Positions 23,711 through 36,576 are shown, counted from the stretch's first letter. The stretch: 64,000 nucleotides of DNA from the human T2T-CHM13v2.0 reference genome, Homo sapiens (GCF_009914755.1 NC_060928.1), one strand, 5' to 3'. Numbers and translations: made by a program. Notes: generated from the letters alone by a model not told the origin.

Positions 23711-26700
23711 TCAAGAGGTGGTGAGTGAAATGGGGACTCAAAACCTCTCACTGTTGCTTCTAAGTCTTTTCATCCTTGGACTTCTGAGGGTGGGGGAAAC
23801 TATGCCCACACCCTCCGTCACTCCCGGAGATTTTCATGGTCTTTTCCTTCCTTTTTCAGGACCGACGGGCGAGCAGCAGCTCCACACCACTCTCCCCTCC
23901 CTGTCAGGGCTGGGACACGTGGTCCAAGGGTCCCACACAGCCAGCTGGCTGTGGTTTCCACCACACACCACCAGAGGCTTCCCCTTCCCCAGCCAAGGGG
24001 CTTTACTCCATCAACAGTAATTAAGCTTTTCTCCTGGTGAAGGAACCAGTTGCATAAAATAAGAGGTTCTTCCCCAGGCATTTTTTTTTAACTGTTTTTT
24101 CTTCCCCTTATCAACCCCACAGCAGTTAACCTTTAAAGTTTTTATTTTCCTCGTAGATGTTTTCACTAGGCTAGGTCCTCCAGCTGTCACTGCTTGTACT
24201 CTCTAAAGCTTTGGTTGTGAAAAAGGATCTTGTGGGGATTGCATTTTCTTCTGCCTGTCTGTGTGTGTGTATTGCTTCTGTCTGTCTGTGTGTGTATTGT
24301 GTGTAATATCTTTAAAAAGAGCTCTAATTAATTTGGCCTAAAGAAAGACAAGCACTTGGATCAAGTGTTTTTTAAAGGGAAGGTAAAAGCTGTGGTACCT
24401 TTCAGTTCACATGACTTTAATCTTTGAGAAGTAAAAACAGCCCTAAAGACTATTAGTAAAATGCAGGTCAGATGCAAAGTTTGCTAAGTGTTTTGAGGTT
24501 ACAAACTGCTTTTTGGGTTTTGAGAACTATTTGACTTGCTGGCTTCACAACTTGTAAGGCCTGGGGACATATGGAACTAACCACACTCTTAACTAAGAAG
24601 GCAAACCTGGCTGCAGTTAGTACACAATTAAAGGAACTTACCAAGTTTTACCTTAAAGTTAAAAATTTCTAGGAGTTATCATTATAACATGTAATTGAGA
24701 CTGCTGAAAATAGATTTACATGCAAGGTATGTAAAAACAGTGAAATGTGTTTTTTAATAAAAGGTTATAAGAAGGCATGGAAGTGTAAACTTTTGCCTAG
24801 AGCTTAAGGATTGTTTTAAACGAGATAGGAAAAAGTTGAAGGTTCAAAGAAGTGGTGGAAGAATTGTCAAAATTAGTCTTGCAGAAGAGGTTCTCTATGT
24901 GAACATATTGACTAAATTTGGAAGGGTATTATATGGTTTTTCTGTAAATTGAGCATTAAAATAAAAGCATAACAAGGTACTCTCAAAATGCTAATCTGCT
25001 CTTTGGCAAAATTTATAAAGGGTTATAAAAGGTTTTGCCTCTTTCAAATTTCTGAGTCATCTTTCTGGCAAAATAAATAACATATGGTCATCTGGAATTT
25101 TATTTCATAATATCAACTGCTTTAAACATATTTATAAGGCTTCCCCAAATCAAACTTAAGTTTCAAAATTGTCTTCCCTGGCACCTGGATTTTTGAATAC
25201 ATCAGAGGGCCCCTGAAGTATCCAGAAAAGAGAGGTAAACAAGATTATTTGACATGTTTAGGAATGTGGGATTGTCAAAATGATGCTCAATCTTCTTCAG
25301 GTTATGTCTTGGTGAATAATGCTAATATATGTTCCACAATTGTATGGGATTTCCAAAATTCTAATGTCTAAGTATATGCTGTGAATCATAATTAAGGTTG
25401 TTATGTTATCGTAAACCATGGAGATAACCAAACTTCTCTGTCAATCTTGTTTCTTACTGTAACTACCCTAGATATTTTGCTATTCACAGACAATTGTTGT
25501 CTTGTTTTAATCTTTTTCAAAGCTGGTTTATAATGAACTATAGGACTTTAACAGGTGCTCTCAAATACAGGCTTCTGATAACTTTAGAGACTGTTAACAT
25601 TGGAATGAAGCAATATGTACAGGACTCACAAAGAGCTGAAATGTTCATGAATATCAAGCAAAACCGGAGTTAACTAAATGGACTGAACTCAGGAAGCTGC
25701 AGCAAACCTTTTTTACTTTTGCTTGGTACATTGCTGATCCTTGTTTGGTTTTTCAGTGTCAAGGAAACTTATTTTGAACTATTTACAGCCTTTAATAATT
25801 AAGTAAGGTATACACTCCTGTGATCAAAATTTGGAGCATATTTGTTTCTCTCTGCCTGATTCCTCTAGAATTTGGAAACTATATCTGTGAATATTCTTAT
25901 GGCAATATAGTTGTTTGTGTCACTGCAATAAGAATCCATTTTTCTTTTGCAACAGGACACAATTGGAGAAACTGGTAATTTTATCAAGGCTTTGACTGGA
26001 AGGGTATGCTTCCCTTAAACGAGTCAATCTTGATATGCAGAGCCAATAAAAGCCCAGTGGGGAAAGTAGCCTCATACCCTTGTCTACACAGTTCCTGTAC
26101 AGGGTTCCTGACCTGTGGTCAGTAAAGAATGTCACTTTCTAACAGATCTAGGAGCTCCAAGTTTATTATGGGACCTTAAGAGGAGAGGATTACCTAACTC
26201 ACAGGTATTTGAGGATAAACCCATGGTTAGGCTTGGCTTTAAAAGGTCTTATCTGAGATTCCTTGTGGAACAGACTTCCATCAAAGACAATCCAAAAGGC
26301 CTATGTAGAAATAGTTATTCTTGCTACACTTTACGCAAATAATCAGACCAATTATAAGACTAAAGTCTATTTTGCAAACCACTCAGGCCCACGATGATTT
26401 TTTTTTTTAACAAACATGAGGACTGCAGAGAGAGAGAAATCTTGTTTCAAAACTTATCATATATTTGTTATTAAATTCTATATTCACTAGTTGTTTTAAA
26501 GTTTTTGCCTACATTTTAGACTAACCCTGCTTGTTCCTGTGAATCAACTAGAAATCTTCTGCTGCAGCTCAGAAAGAACAAAAGGGATGGGTAATATAGA
26601 AATCTGGATCAATATTCTAGTTCTGAGCAATTATCCTGCAAATCCTGCCAGGTGATGGAATAAATAGGGAATACATAGAATGCCCATCACCCAGAGGTTT

Positions 26701-27969
26701 CCTTCTGGGGAAAGTAGGACCAAGAAAACTAACCAAAGCCAAGCACCATGCACCCAAATCCTAACAAGCATAACTGTAGCCACCAGTTATCTGGATGTAT
26801 CAAAAGACATCCTTTTCTCTCCCTTGTTGGAGAAGGACTCAGTTCCACAGTTTCATTTTAGCATTTGGCTTATGATAAGGAGTCCATGCAACCCCCTGAG
26901 ACATATTTTTGTCCCAAACTTTATTCTAAGCTTCGGGTCAAAGCTCTAGGAAGGAAAACTGGATCTGAGGGATCCAGAGGCAAATGACAACAGAGGTTAA
27001 AAGGCACAGCACAGGTGAGCCTGGCTGATTCCTGCCGATTAAGCCAACCCCAAGCTTCCTGTTTTATGAATAAAGGCCACGTTAATATCCGTGGTATAAA
27101 TGAGGTCTAGGGAACTCCAAGGCTACTGACAGTAGGGGGGATAGAGGCATAGGTGAGAGCAGATAATTCCTATTCTCTAGGCCCTCCCTGTGTCATGGGT
27201 GCAAGCTGCTTTTACACTCATGGCAGGACCTACCAAGGTCACCGGGACTCAGGGATGCAAGGATGGAAGAGAGAAAGGGGACACTCTTCCTTCTCTTACT
27301 CACTTACCCTGGGTATCTGCTAGGAAGAGAAGGAAATGAGGGACACCTGTTCCCCTCTTTCTAGTAGGGTAGCCATTCATCTTCAGTCTGTACCCCTTTC
27401 AAATGCATCCTGAACCACTGGGACTCCTTTGAAAAAACACCTTCTTTTTTCCTTTTTCCTCCTCGATTCTCTCTTCATCAATAGGTAATTGTGTCTCTGT
27501 ACTATGAGACACTCCCCTCAGATGCATCCTCCAACCTGGAAAAAGTTAATTTCCAAAACCTTAAACTGGTTGGTTTAGGATTGGGCTCACTGGAAGGGAA
27601 CCCAGAAGCCCAACATCTGACAAAAGGGTAAAGATTTTTTTACCAGTCAGGATTTTGGCCTCCCTCACCCTATGCAAACTGGTAAAAGGCCTCATAATTT
27701 TTGAGCTGTCCTTACCTCCCGCTTGTTTCGATTTGATACATGTTTTCTAGTAACCCAGTTTTTCTGTTCTTGCTTTCAGGCCATCAGACTCCAAATGGTC
27801 ATGCAGCTGGAGTCTCTGACAATGGTCCCTTTTGCTGAGACCACTTAGATAGGCCTCTGAGGGAGCTCTGACTGCCGTTTCCCCTGTCAGCGCCCCCTGT
27901 CAGCAGGAAGCGGTTTAGATCGGTCTTCATCCTTATCTTTAATCTAGCAGCAGTTAGATATACTTCTTT

Positions 27970-27980
27970 AGAGGGGGGAA
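27970..27980 (+). other. Polypurine tract
   Basis: AGAGGGGGGAA immediately before the 3' LTR. Confidence 0.85.
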
Positions 27981-28320
27981 TGAGACAGCCAGGTGGGAGG
28001 GGGCCCACAGAGAAACTCCAGCCAGCCTGTGCACTGGGAGAAATGAGCATCAGGGTGGAGTCTTGGGAAGTTCACGCTGTTTGCAGCAGGGAGGAGCCTG
28101 GCCCCTCCTCTCCTTGTGTGGAAACTGGGATTTGAACAACTGAGCAGGAAGCACTCTAGCAGAGTGACTTCAGCCTTGTGGGAGTCCCTGTTTCCCCCTT
28201 TTCTTATTTTTTACCCAATAAAACCCTGTGTTACATTTAAATTATCTGTGAGTCTGAATTTTCATGGCCGTGGGACAAAGAACCCTGTTTTTAGCTGAAC
28301 TAAGGAAAAGTCCTGCAACA
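27981..28320 (+). mobile_element. 3' LTR (MER61-like)
   Basis: TG..CA ends, homologous to the 5' LTR. Confidence 0.92.
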
Positions 28321-28818
28321 AGAGATCGGACACATCTCATTATACACCCTCCTTTTTGGAGTTTAGACACAACAACTGACCAGCATTAATGTTAGAATAG
28401 AGATCATAAGACTAACAAAACAGACTCTTTGTGACACTGAGATACCAAATTAAAAACGGGACCTAAGGCCATGCCAGGCAAGGGTGAAATCACACACACT
28501 TACAGGTCGCTTTGACCCAATGTATTGGTTCACAGCCTTCCTTATCTTAAAAATTCCTTTCTGCTGACTCTAGATTTTTAGAAAAAGCTTTACTCCTTTA
28601 ACCAATCGCAAATTAAAGAATCTCTGAACTCACCTATGACCTGTAAGTCCCCACTTCAAGATATCTCACCTTTTGGGGCCAAACCAATATATAATTTCTG
28701 TGTGTTGATTTATGACTTTGTCTGTAACTTCCGCTTCACTAAAATGTATAAAACAGAGTTATGACCTAACTGCCTTGGGACCACTTAGTTAAGGCTTCTT
28801 GGGTTTGATACATAAGGC

Positions 28819-29010
28819 TGGTCTTGATCTCTGTTCTCTTTTATCCTGCAACACAGATCCTCTGTGACCAGGACTTGGGCTCTATTACTAATTACATGGC
28901 TTAGGTGCACAGAAGAAAGAGTCTGAAATAATTTGACTTTTAAAATATCACATGTACTTGATAAATATAAAATATATACAATTATGATGTATCAATAAAA
29001 AATAGCAAAA
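28819..29010 (+). repeat. Dispersed direct duplicate of 30049-30240
   Basis: 192 bp ungapped; 9 mismatches by hand count. Confidence 0.95.
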
Positions 29011-29095
29011 GGTTTTCTACAAGCTACTGTCACTCATATTGGCTCATAATAGACTTGTTTAAAATATTTTACAGAGCTTGGATTTTTCATTAACA

Positions 29096-29578
29096 GAATG
29101 GACATTTGAAAAGAAATTTGGATCTATATCTTATGTCACTTACCACTACAAATTCTAAACCAATCAATTACTTCACTGTGAAACATAAAACATATAAGTA
29201 CCAGACGAAATGAGAGAATCATAATTTGACTTAATGAAGAACTTCCTCACTATGACTCAAAATCCAGATGCTATAGATTGAGAGATTTGATCCATTGAGA
29301 GATTTGAATACATAAAAACTTACTTGTGGCAAAAGACATCATATGTGAAGTCATAAGAACAATAAACTGAGGGAAAATTCACAACTCATATTACAAAGGA
29401 CTAAGTGCCCTAGTAAATGAAGAATGCCTACAAAACAGTAAGAAAGGTGAAAACACAAGAAAAAAATGGACAAATGATGTGAACATTCACAGTTCACAGA
29501 AAAGGAAATCCAAATGGGGCTAAATACATGAAAGAATGCTTATTATCATTCATGTAATCAGAAATGCAAATTAAGATA
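29096..29578 (+). mobile_element. Old L1M ORF2 fragment (right part of LTR host)
   Basis: TTGGATCTATATCTTA..CTATGACTCAAAATCCAGA..AAAATGGACAAATGATGTGAACA..CAGAAATGCAAATTAA. Confidence 0.75.
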
Positions 29579-31349
29579 TATAATATATACTTGTATATAA
29601 ACATAGTATATACTGTATACTATATATAACCTATATATTTTATTATATAATTATGTTAGATTAATTATTATGTTAATTGTCAACTGCTACTCCATTTCTT
29701 AGAATAAAACCAAAGTGAGTAGTTGGAAAGAAAGATTAGGTTTATGTCATTATGCATTTTTCCTCTTAGACCTGTGCATTTGTTCTTTTAATGAGGCTAT
29801 AATTTCCCTCCTGATAGCCTAAGGTTTATGCTGAACTCCAGCCTAGATATCAACCAGATATGATTTTACAGGCAATAGTCTGTGGGGTTCTGAAGTGGCT
29901 ACTGCCCTTTCATAGAGATAAAAATCATGGAGGAGACTATGTTTTGGGGAAAGGCAGCAGAAAAGCAAGACCTGTCAAGGGAGGAGGTAGGATGGGATGA
30001 AGGAGGGAACAATCCTTAGGTTTTTAGGTGCAAATAAGACTTGAGGAGTGGTCTTGATCTCTCTTCTCTTTTATCCTGCAACACAGATCCTCTGTGACCA
30101 GGACTTGGGCTCTATTACTAATTACACGGCTTAGGTGCACAGAAGAAAGTGTCTGAAATACTTTGACTTTTAAAATATCACATGTACTTGGTAAATATAA
30201 AATATATACAATTATTATGTATCAATAAAAAGTTGCCAAAAAAGCAAGCATTACCAGCACATTTCCACCTAGAAAAAAAAATGCTGTGTTCTTTTTTTTT
30301 TTTTTTTTTTAAACGTACACTAAAGGAACACAGCAGGTTCCCTTACAATCAGCTCCAGGCCCCTTGTCACAAGGAATGGCTCTCCATCAGCAGCCGGCAG
30401 GGAGCCAAAACTTGCATGGAGGGGCAAGCAATAAAATAAAAATCACATTTTCAGGATTTCTTTCCTCTGCTACTGTGGGTCATATTTGATTAATGGACTG
30501 CATTTATTTTAAAGGTGTGATTGCACACACGTTACCAATACTGTGCCACTGTGCACTTGGCAGAGGCAGAAAGCTCATTACAAATTCGGAACCACAGTGA
30601 AATGTTAGTACATCATTAATATGCGTAGGTGTAGATATCTGTCTGTTGTTTTATAATGCTATTTCATTTATATAGTGCCAGTACTTGACGGATGTAAGAG
30701 ACTTCATTCCCAGCTAGAGAGATTCCTAAATAAAACTAGCAAGTTATTGCAGAAGTAATCAGACAGAGTGAAGGAGTTCAGGTTCTTGTGTCTCTCTCTA
30801 TATAAGACCAGGTTTTGAGTTTTGTTTCAAATGTCTCTCTATGTGGACTAGGTTAACTTATTCCTTTCTTTCCTCACTGACAGCTCCAGTGTCAATGAGT
30901 CCTACTACACTGGAATATATCAAACTGCAAATATACCTGTTTTTACTTTTCTTTCTTTTTCTTCCTTTAATTTTGTTTAATGTAAAAATACAGTTTGCTG
31001 CTTTTTTTTTGTTGGTTCCACCAGCTAGAAAGTAGTCTCCAGGAAATAAAACCTCATAGTGTGTGGAGTCAAGCTGCCTGTGCCCATTTCTATGTAAACA
31101 AATGTGCAACCCTGAGTGGGGGATGGTCTAGGATGAGACTGGGTGTGCCTACCTGCCAGTATGAAATGGGACATTCAGAGTCAGATTTAAGTATCTTTAA
31201 GTCACCAGTTCACTACCCTACTTACAGCCATCTTGAGCAAGAAAAATTCAACTCCTTAGGATGGTATGCAGAGTATTCAAAGCCCCATCCATCTCTTCAT
31301 CAACAATCTTACATCTTCACTCTAGCCGGAAAAAGCTCCCTACTGCTTT

Positions 31350-31710
31350 CGAAAGCACTGTATTGGTCTATGCCGTTTCCCTCTTTTTTGCTATTGCACA
31401 TGTTCCTTCTTCTATCTAGAATGTAATTCTTCCCCTTCCTGCTTGGTGACTTCTTCCCATGGACTTGCTCTTGTGTGAAATCTCTTGTGAGTCCCTATGT
31501 AGACGTGCCCTCTCTCTCTTTCCTATTTCTATTGTGTCTTGATATATAATCTATTATAATACCACATACATCATACAATAAATTCTTTATACATCTCTAA
31601 CCCTACTAGAATGTGGTTGCCTACAAGGGAGAAAGTGTGTTTGTCATCACTGTATCTCCAATGCCTAGCACAATGCCTGGAAATAATGGACCCTAAATGA
31701 ACATGTATCG
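31350..31710 (+). mobile_element. L2 3' end
   Basis: TTGCACATGTTCCTTCTTCTATCTAGAATG..CTAGAATGTGG..CACTGTATCTCCAATGCCTAGCACAATGCCTGG. Confidence 0.75.
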
Positions 31711-34132
31711 CACGTGTACCCTGTGAACTTGGAAGGTATTTAAGGTAGGATGAGGGAATCCATGAGAATAGCCCATATCAGAAATATTGGATTGTGTATT
31801 TGAGATTATGAGAGGACTCTTTCCTTGATTAGAGGCATTCTTAAATAACACCTTGAAGTTACTGCATTAAAACCTATTGCTGTCAATTCCTCCCTTTCTT
31901 CAAGACAAGTAGGAGTAGCTCTTCTAGGAATGATTGCAGCAATTCTACTGCTTTGATAAGGAGTCTTAAGATGGGGGTCTCTGGGCAGAAGTTATACACA
32001 CCTGAAGACTCACTGGTTATACTGAGTTTCTAAATATGGTTGTCTTATCTTATGTTTTTAAAAAAATTAGTTGTCAATATCAAAAATCTGCAGATTTCAC
32101 ATAATGATCTTAAGCTCCAGCTTCTTTTAAAGCAAAACAAACAAACAAAAAACCCATGAAAAACACAAAAACAAAACAAAACACCAAAAAAACCAACAGT
32201 AGACATACATTGTCCCATGGTGAAAATCAGATGGAGGACATACACCATCCGTGTGCCACAGACTCTCATCTCTCCCATTTCATCTGCCTATTCCATTATG
32301 TTAAATGCTACAAATCCCTTGAAATTGGATAGGGATTTAGTCCATGTGAATTTATGGACATTTTTGAAAGGAAAATTTTCTTGTTTTCATTATAATTTCA
32401 AAGAAGAGTATGAATCCAAAAAAGGTTAAAACTAACTAATTTGGATAATATCACACAGGAGACAGCAATTGAGCCAAGAGAAGAGTACTAACTTAAAACA
32501 GACAGCAAGTCATTGACTGGGCTTCCATCATTTGTCATATTCTCACGGTTGGGTGGGAAATCAAGTGGGTTTTGAGTAATGGATAAAGCTTTGTTGTTGC
32601 CACATTGTTAATGTAGCTAACACACATGCACCCACATGCACACACATATGTATACACGGAAGCACACCCCGAAAGTATAATCCAGAAATAGTATAGCACA
32701 TTTGGAAATGCCACTCTAGCTATTTTAAATATGAAAACTTCTAAGTGAATACTTGAGTTATATTCCACAGAATAATTGCAGAACTCAAGTCCATTGTAGA
32801 TATTTATCCAAATTTTAAATTAATCTGGAACTTTGTGAATTTGGTCTTAATTTTAGACATTTGGAAAATCTTGCTATTAGTTGCATATAATTTAATTCCA
32901 TTCATCCTGCTACTTTCATTATTATTAAAGTCTTTTAAATATGAGGCTAGAATTGGCTTACTGTGCTTACTGTTGCTTTATAGCTTAACACAAGAGTCTT
33001 TGTTTTCTCCCTATTTAATAAGTTACATAGTATATATTACTAGTCTACTGGTATACTAGTGAATGTATTACACTGTCTAAACATATTTAAGAGGCAGTGT
33101 AATATATTATTAATTTGAAATCCATTTGATTTTCCCAACTTTGATTTAAGTTGCATGATTCAGGAAGGACATTTTTATTCTTTGTTTTGTGAAAGTTCTA
33201 CTTACTAGAGATTTTTTAGATATCTATGATTGAATTAAAACACAGTAATGACTTAGCTGGAGACTTAAAACTCACTTTTTCTTCTTATCTATAGGTAGAC
33301 AAATCCTAAGTAATAGATATAAAGGATAAATTCTATATGAAAGAAAAGATAATTTTTGTTTAGTAACTTGTTTCATTATTATAAAATCTTTACTGCTGCA
33401 AAATGTTTTCTTAAAGCAGGAATCATTCATGCCAAAGATTAAGCTCATATTCTTATCAATTTATAAATAATCCATGTGATCTTGTCATTATGCCATTTGC
33501 ATTAGTTGAAAAAAATAAGAATTACATTAAAAATTCATTAAGTTTAAAAATAATCGTAGGAGGCTTGAATTCAGAAGTTTAGGAAATCTTAAGAATAAAA
33601 GGGAGGATTGTCAACTAGTTGCTTAACCTGCAATATTTCACTTGAATTTAGACACTTAGAGTGAATCAAAAAATCAAAGGATATTTATTGCTCACTTGAA
33701 GTTACATAAAATAACAGCGTGACTTGGATATGATATCGCTTGAGTTTTCTTGGAGATATATAATTTAGTTTTATGGCAAATTTGGTAATGGAAGTTGTCA
33801 AGTGACATTGAAGCAGTCTATTAATTCCTATTAAGTTTACTGTGCTGATCTCAGAAGATGAGGCTATTATTATGTATGCATAATAATACATATTTCTTGG
33901 AGACTGTTGTAGAAATTATTATCACATCTTCAAGAAAGTTGTTACCCTGTCTAATACTGTCCCCAATTAAATCATTATTAAATTGAGGCATATTCTACTA
34001 CCCAAATCCATAACAGCTTTTTTGCTTTTAAATGTTGACTAATAAAATAGAAGGTGGTTGGCCAAAAGCCACCTAATGGAACACCTGAGAATTTGTGGCA
34101 ATGTCTGCTCTTGACTCATGCATACAATTTAA

Positions 34133-34305
34133 TATATTTCATCATATCTAAAACTTCATCAATTATGTCATACTAATATTTTATGTTCCATTAAGAAATA
34201 AAAAGTGCTGCCAATTAAACTAAGACACACCATTGATTATAAGACATCTCTGATTTCAAAGACATTAAATATAAAAAGAAAGTATGTCTTAAAATGATAA
34301 GAAAA
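34133..34305 (-). mobile_element. TcMar-Tc2 MITE (MER104-like)
   Basis: CCATTGATTATAAGACATCTCTGATTTCAAAGACATTAAA..GTATGTCTTAAAATGAT; TATTTCATC left terminus. Confidence 0.55.
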
Positions 34306-34412
34306 GATATTAGCTCTTCTCAAACTTTTCACTCCAGGTGGCCACTCACTTTCCCTCCAGTGTTTTGGGAAATAGTAATGTAGCCATGTCTATTGAGTAC
34401 AACTTGTGATAC

Positions 34413-34436
34413 GTGTGTGTGTGTGTGTGTGTGTGT
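34413..34436 (+). repeat. (TG)n microsatellite
   Basis: Direct read. Confidence 0.95.
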
Positions 34437-34829
34437 ACTGGTAACATGGAAAAAGCTTAATATGACCTTCATGTTAGCCTTTTAGTAACATGTCAGTTAC
34501 TAAAAGATGTGTTTCTTAGTCTGAGTCTTCTTTAGAAATGTGCTAATTAAAATTAGGTCTATGTAACAGGATGTTCTGAAGAGTAGACTTTTTCTTTCTC
34601 TTTCATCAGTTTAAGTCTTGCTTGTTCAGAGACTGCAGATCTGCTTCAGGGGATCTCTATATGCCCAGAGCCCTTGGACCCTTGGATTTAACTATATCAA
34701 CATGGTTGTATAAGAAGCTGTTCTGTAGAGGCATGCTGCATCTCTAAATGGTGAAAAATGGTACCAAAAGTGTTGCATACACACACACATGAGCATGTGC
34801 ATGCACACACATGGAATTCAGTATCTAAT

Positions 34830-35070
34830 TATTTAGGGAACTTTAGTTATGTGTCAGCCACTGTTTATACATTTTATAAACATTTACTTTATAAGGTTTA
34901 ATCTTAATCTTATAATATTTACCACAATCTATGAGGTGGTTACTAGTACGTCTATTTTACCAAAAAGCACACTGAAGCTTAATGAGATTGTTACTTGTTC
35001 ACACGATACAATTAGCAACCGGTGAAGGCAAGATTCAAACCCAGCTTTGTCATATTCCAAAGCCAGTTGT
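34830..35070 (-). mobile_element. MIR
   Basis: CACAATCTATGAGGTGGTTACTA..TATTTTAC..ACTGAAGCT..GATTCAAACCCAG. Confidence 0.7.
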
Positions 35071-36576
35071 TGTTGTTTTGACCATTATGATGACTCTCCC
35101 AAACAAATTACACTTTTTAAAACATTTACCTTATTCCATTGTTTTATTCCATCTTGTACCAAAAAAGCCTTCAGGTGATAAACCCCCTGCCCCACACATC
35201 CTACGCCAAATTATATAGCGATGGAGGAGAGGAAAGAAACAAGTAGAGGGGAAGATGATGATTTCTATGTTTAAGTGTTTTTTTCTTAAACAATAAACTA
35301 GAAATCAGGAGTTTATGGTTTGATTTTTCTTCTCCTGTTATCATTTTGGTTAATTGAATTATTCAGTATATCCTGGTATGAATGGTTCTTTGTAACAGTT
35401 TAGATAAGCAAGAATTCATCCTTTTTCTGTGTATTCTTTACCTCCTTTGAATTAAATAAATGGTTTCATTTGGAAAAAAGCAGGATGAAAGCTTAGGCCT
35501 ATTGCCATTGATTCCTCAGTGTTTTCCTAATGTTTTTATTTTATAGAGTGGGCAATCAGGAATACAGGAATCTTTCTGAAGCACAATGGATAGTATTGGA
35601 TGTGGGGAAAATTGGTGCTACTAAATAATATAGTTTGTAAAATGTCATGGTACAGAATTTGGATGATTCCAGTTCTAAAAAGTTGATGACAATATGCTCA
35701 TCCTTTTAATGGAAAAATTACTAGGAGGTTCCTGGCTACATAATCCAACATACTGCAGAAGACTTGCTGACTTACGCTTTGTGACAGGCCAGTGAGAAAA
35801 ATACACAAACTCATACACCAATGTTGCAAATCAATTCTGCGGCAAAGTGGAAATAACTCTTGTACCAATAAGCAGTAAGACCTAGAGGGGAGAAATCCTT
35901 TTCTGAATTTCCAACTTGCAGACAGAAAGAGAAGCCATCAATCATGCTAGAGAGCTTCCATTTCAGGGCCATTGTTCTTAAAGACAAACCAAATGAAATC
36001 AGACAAGACCAGAATATGCAAAGGCCTTTGGATTTTTCCAGTCTTGGTGCAGGAAGGAAGCAGAGAAAAACAAGACTTTCTCTCCTTTTCTTCTAGATGT
36101 GAAATGTGAAGTCCAGCAAAAGCATGCACATAGTCTCAGTTTATTGTCAAATGACCAATTAATCACTCCACAAATGGCTATTAATCATACACATTAATGA
36201 GATATTCTCTTTGCTCTGGCAAATACAGATTCTGTGGCAATCCTTTCTCCTTGGTACCGAAAGCAAGCTAAAAGCATGTAGAACTCAATTAATCTTGAAG
36301 CAGCATGGGGTGTTTGAAATTGCTCACAGTTTGAAAAGAAGCAAACAGCAAAGACATTTAAACTTGTCCATATTTCACTGTGTAAATTCAGAAGCACTTA
36401 ATCATTCCCTACACATTCTTTTGTTCCCTTTCTTCCTCTGTCATGTTATAACTGTGTTTTAAGTCTTCCCATTTCTTTCCCCAACCTTGTACACTGAAAC
36501 ACAAACCGAAAAGAGTGGGGCTTCTAATAAATTGGATTCTCAGTCTTCTTGGATAGACCATGAATAGAAACAATGT

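Larger units (their letters stand above)
23357..28320 (+). mobile_element. MER61-type ERV1 provirus (LTR-internal-LTR, non-coding)
   Basis: Direct-repeat LTRs TGAGACAGC..AAAAGTCCTGCAACA; 4-bp TSD AGAG (23353-23356 and 28321-28324); PBS and PPT present; no long ORFs. Confidence 0.9.
23242..29095 (+). mobile_element. MER4-family (MER4E-like) solo LTR, split into 23242-23356, 28321-28807 and ~29011-29095
   Basis: Starts (A)GTAAACTAAAAATAAAATCCTAAGCC, resumes ATCGGACACATCTCATTATACACC after the provirus, ends TTTTTCATTAACA; homologous to the LTR at 54063. Confidence 0.85.
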
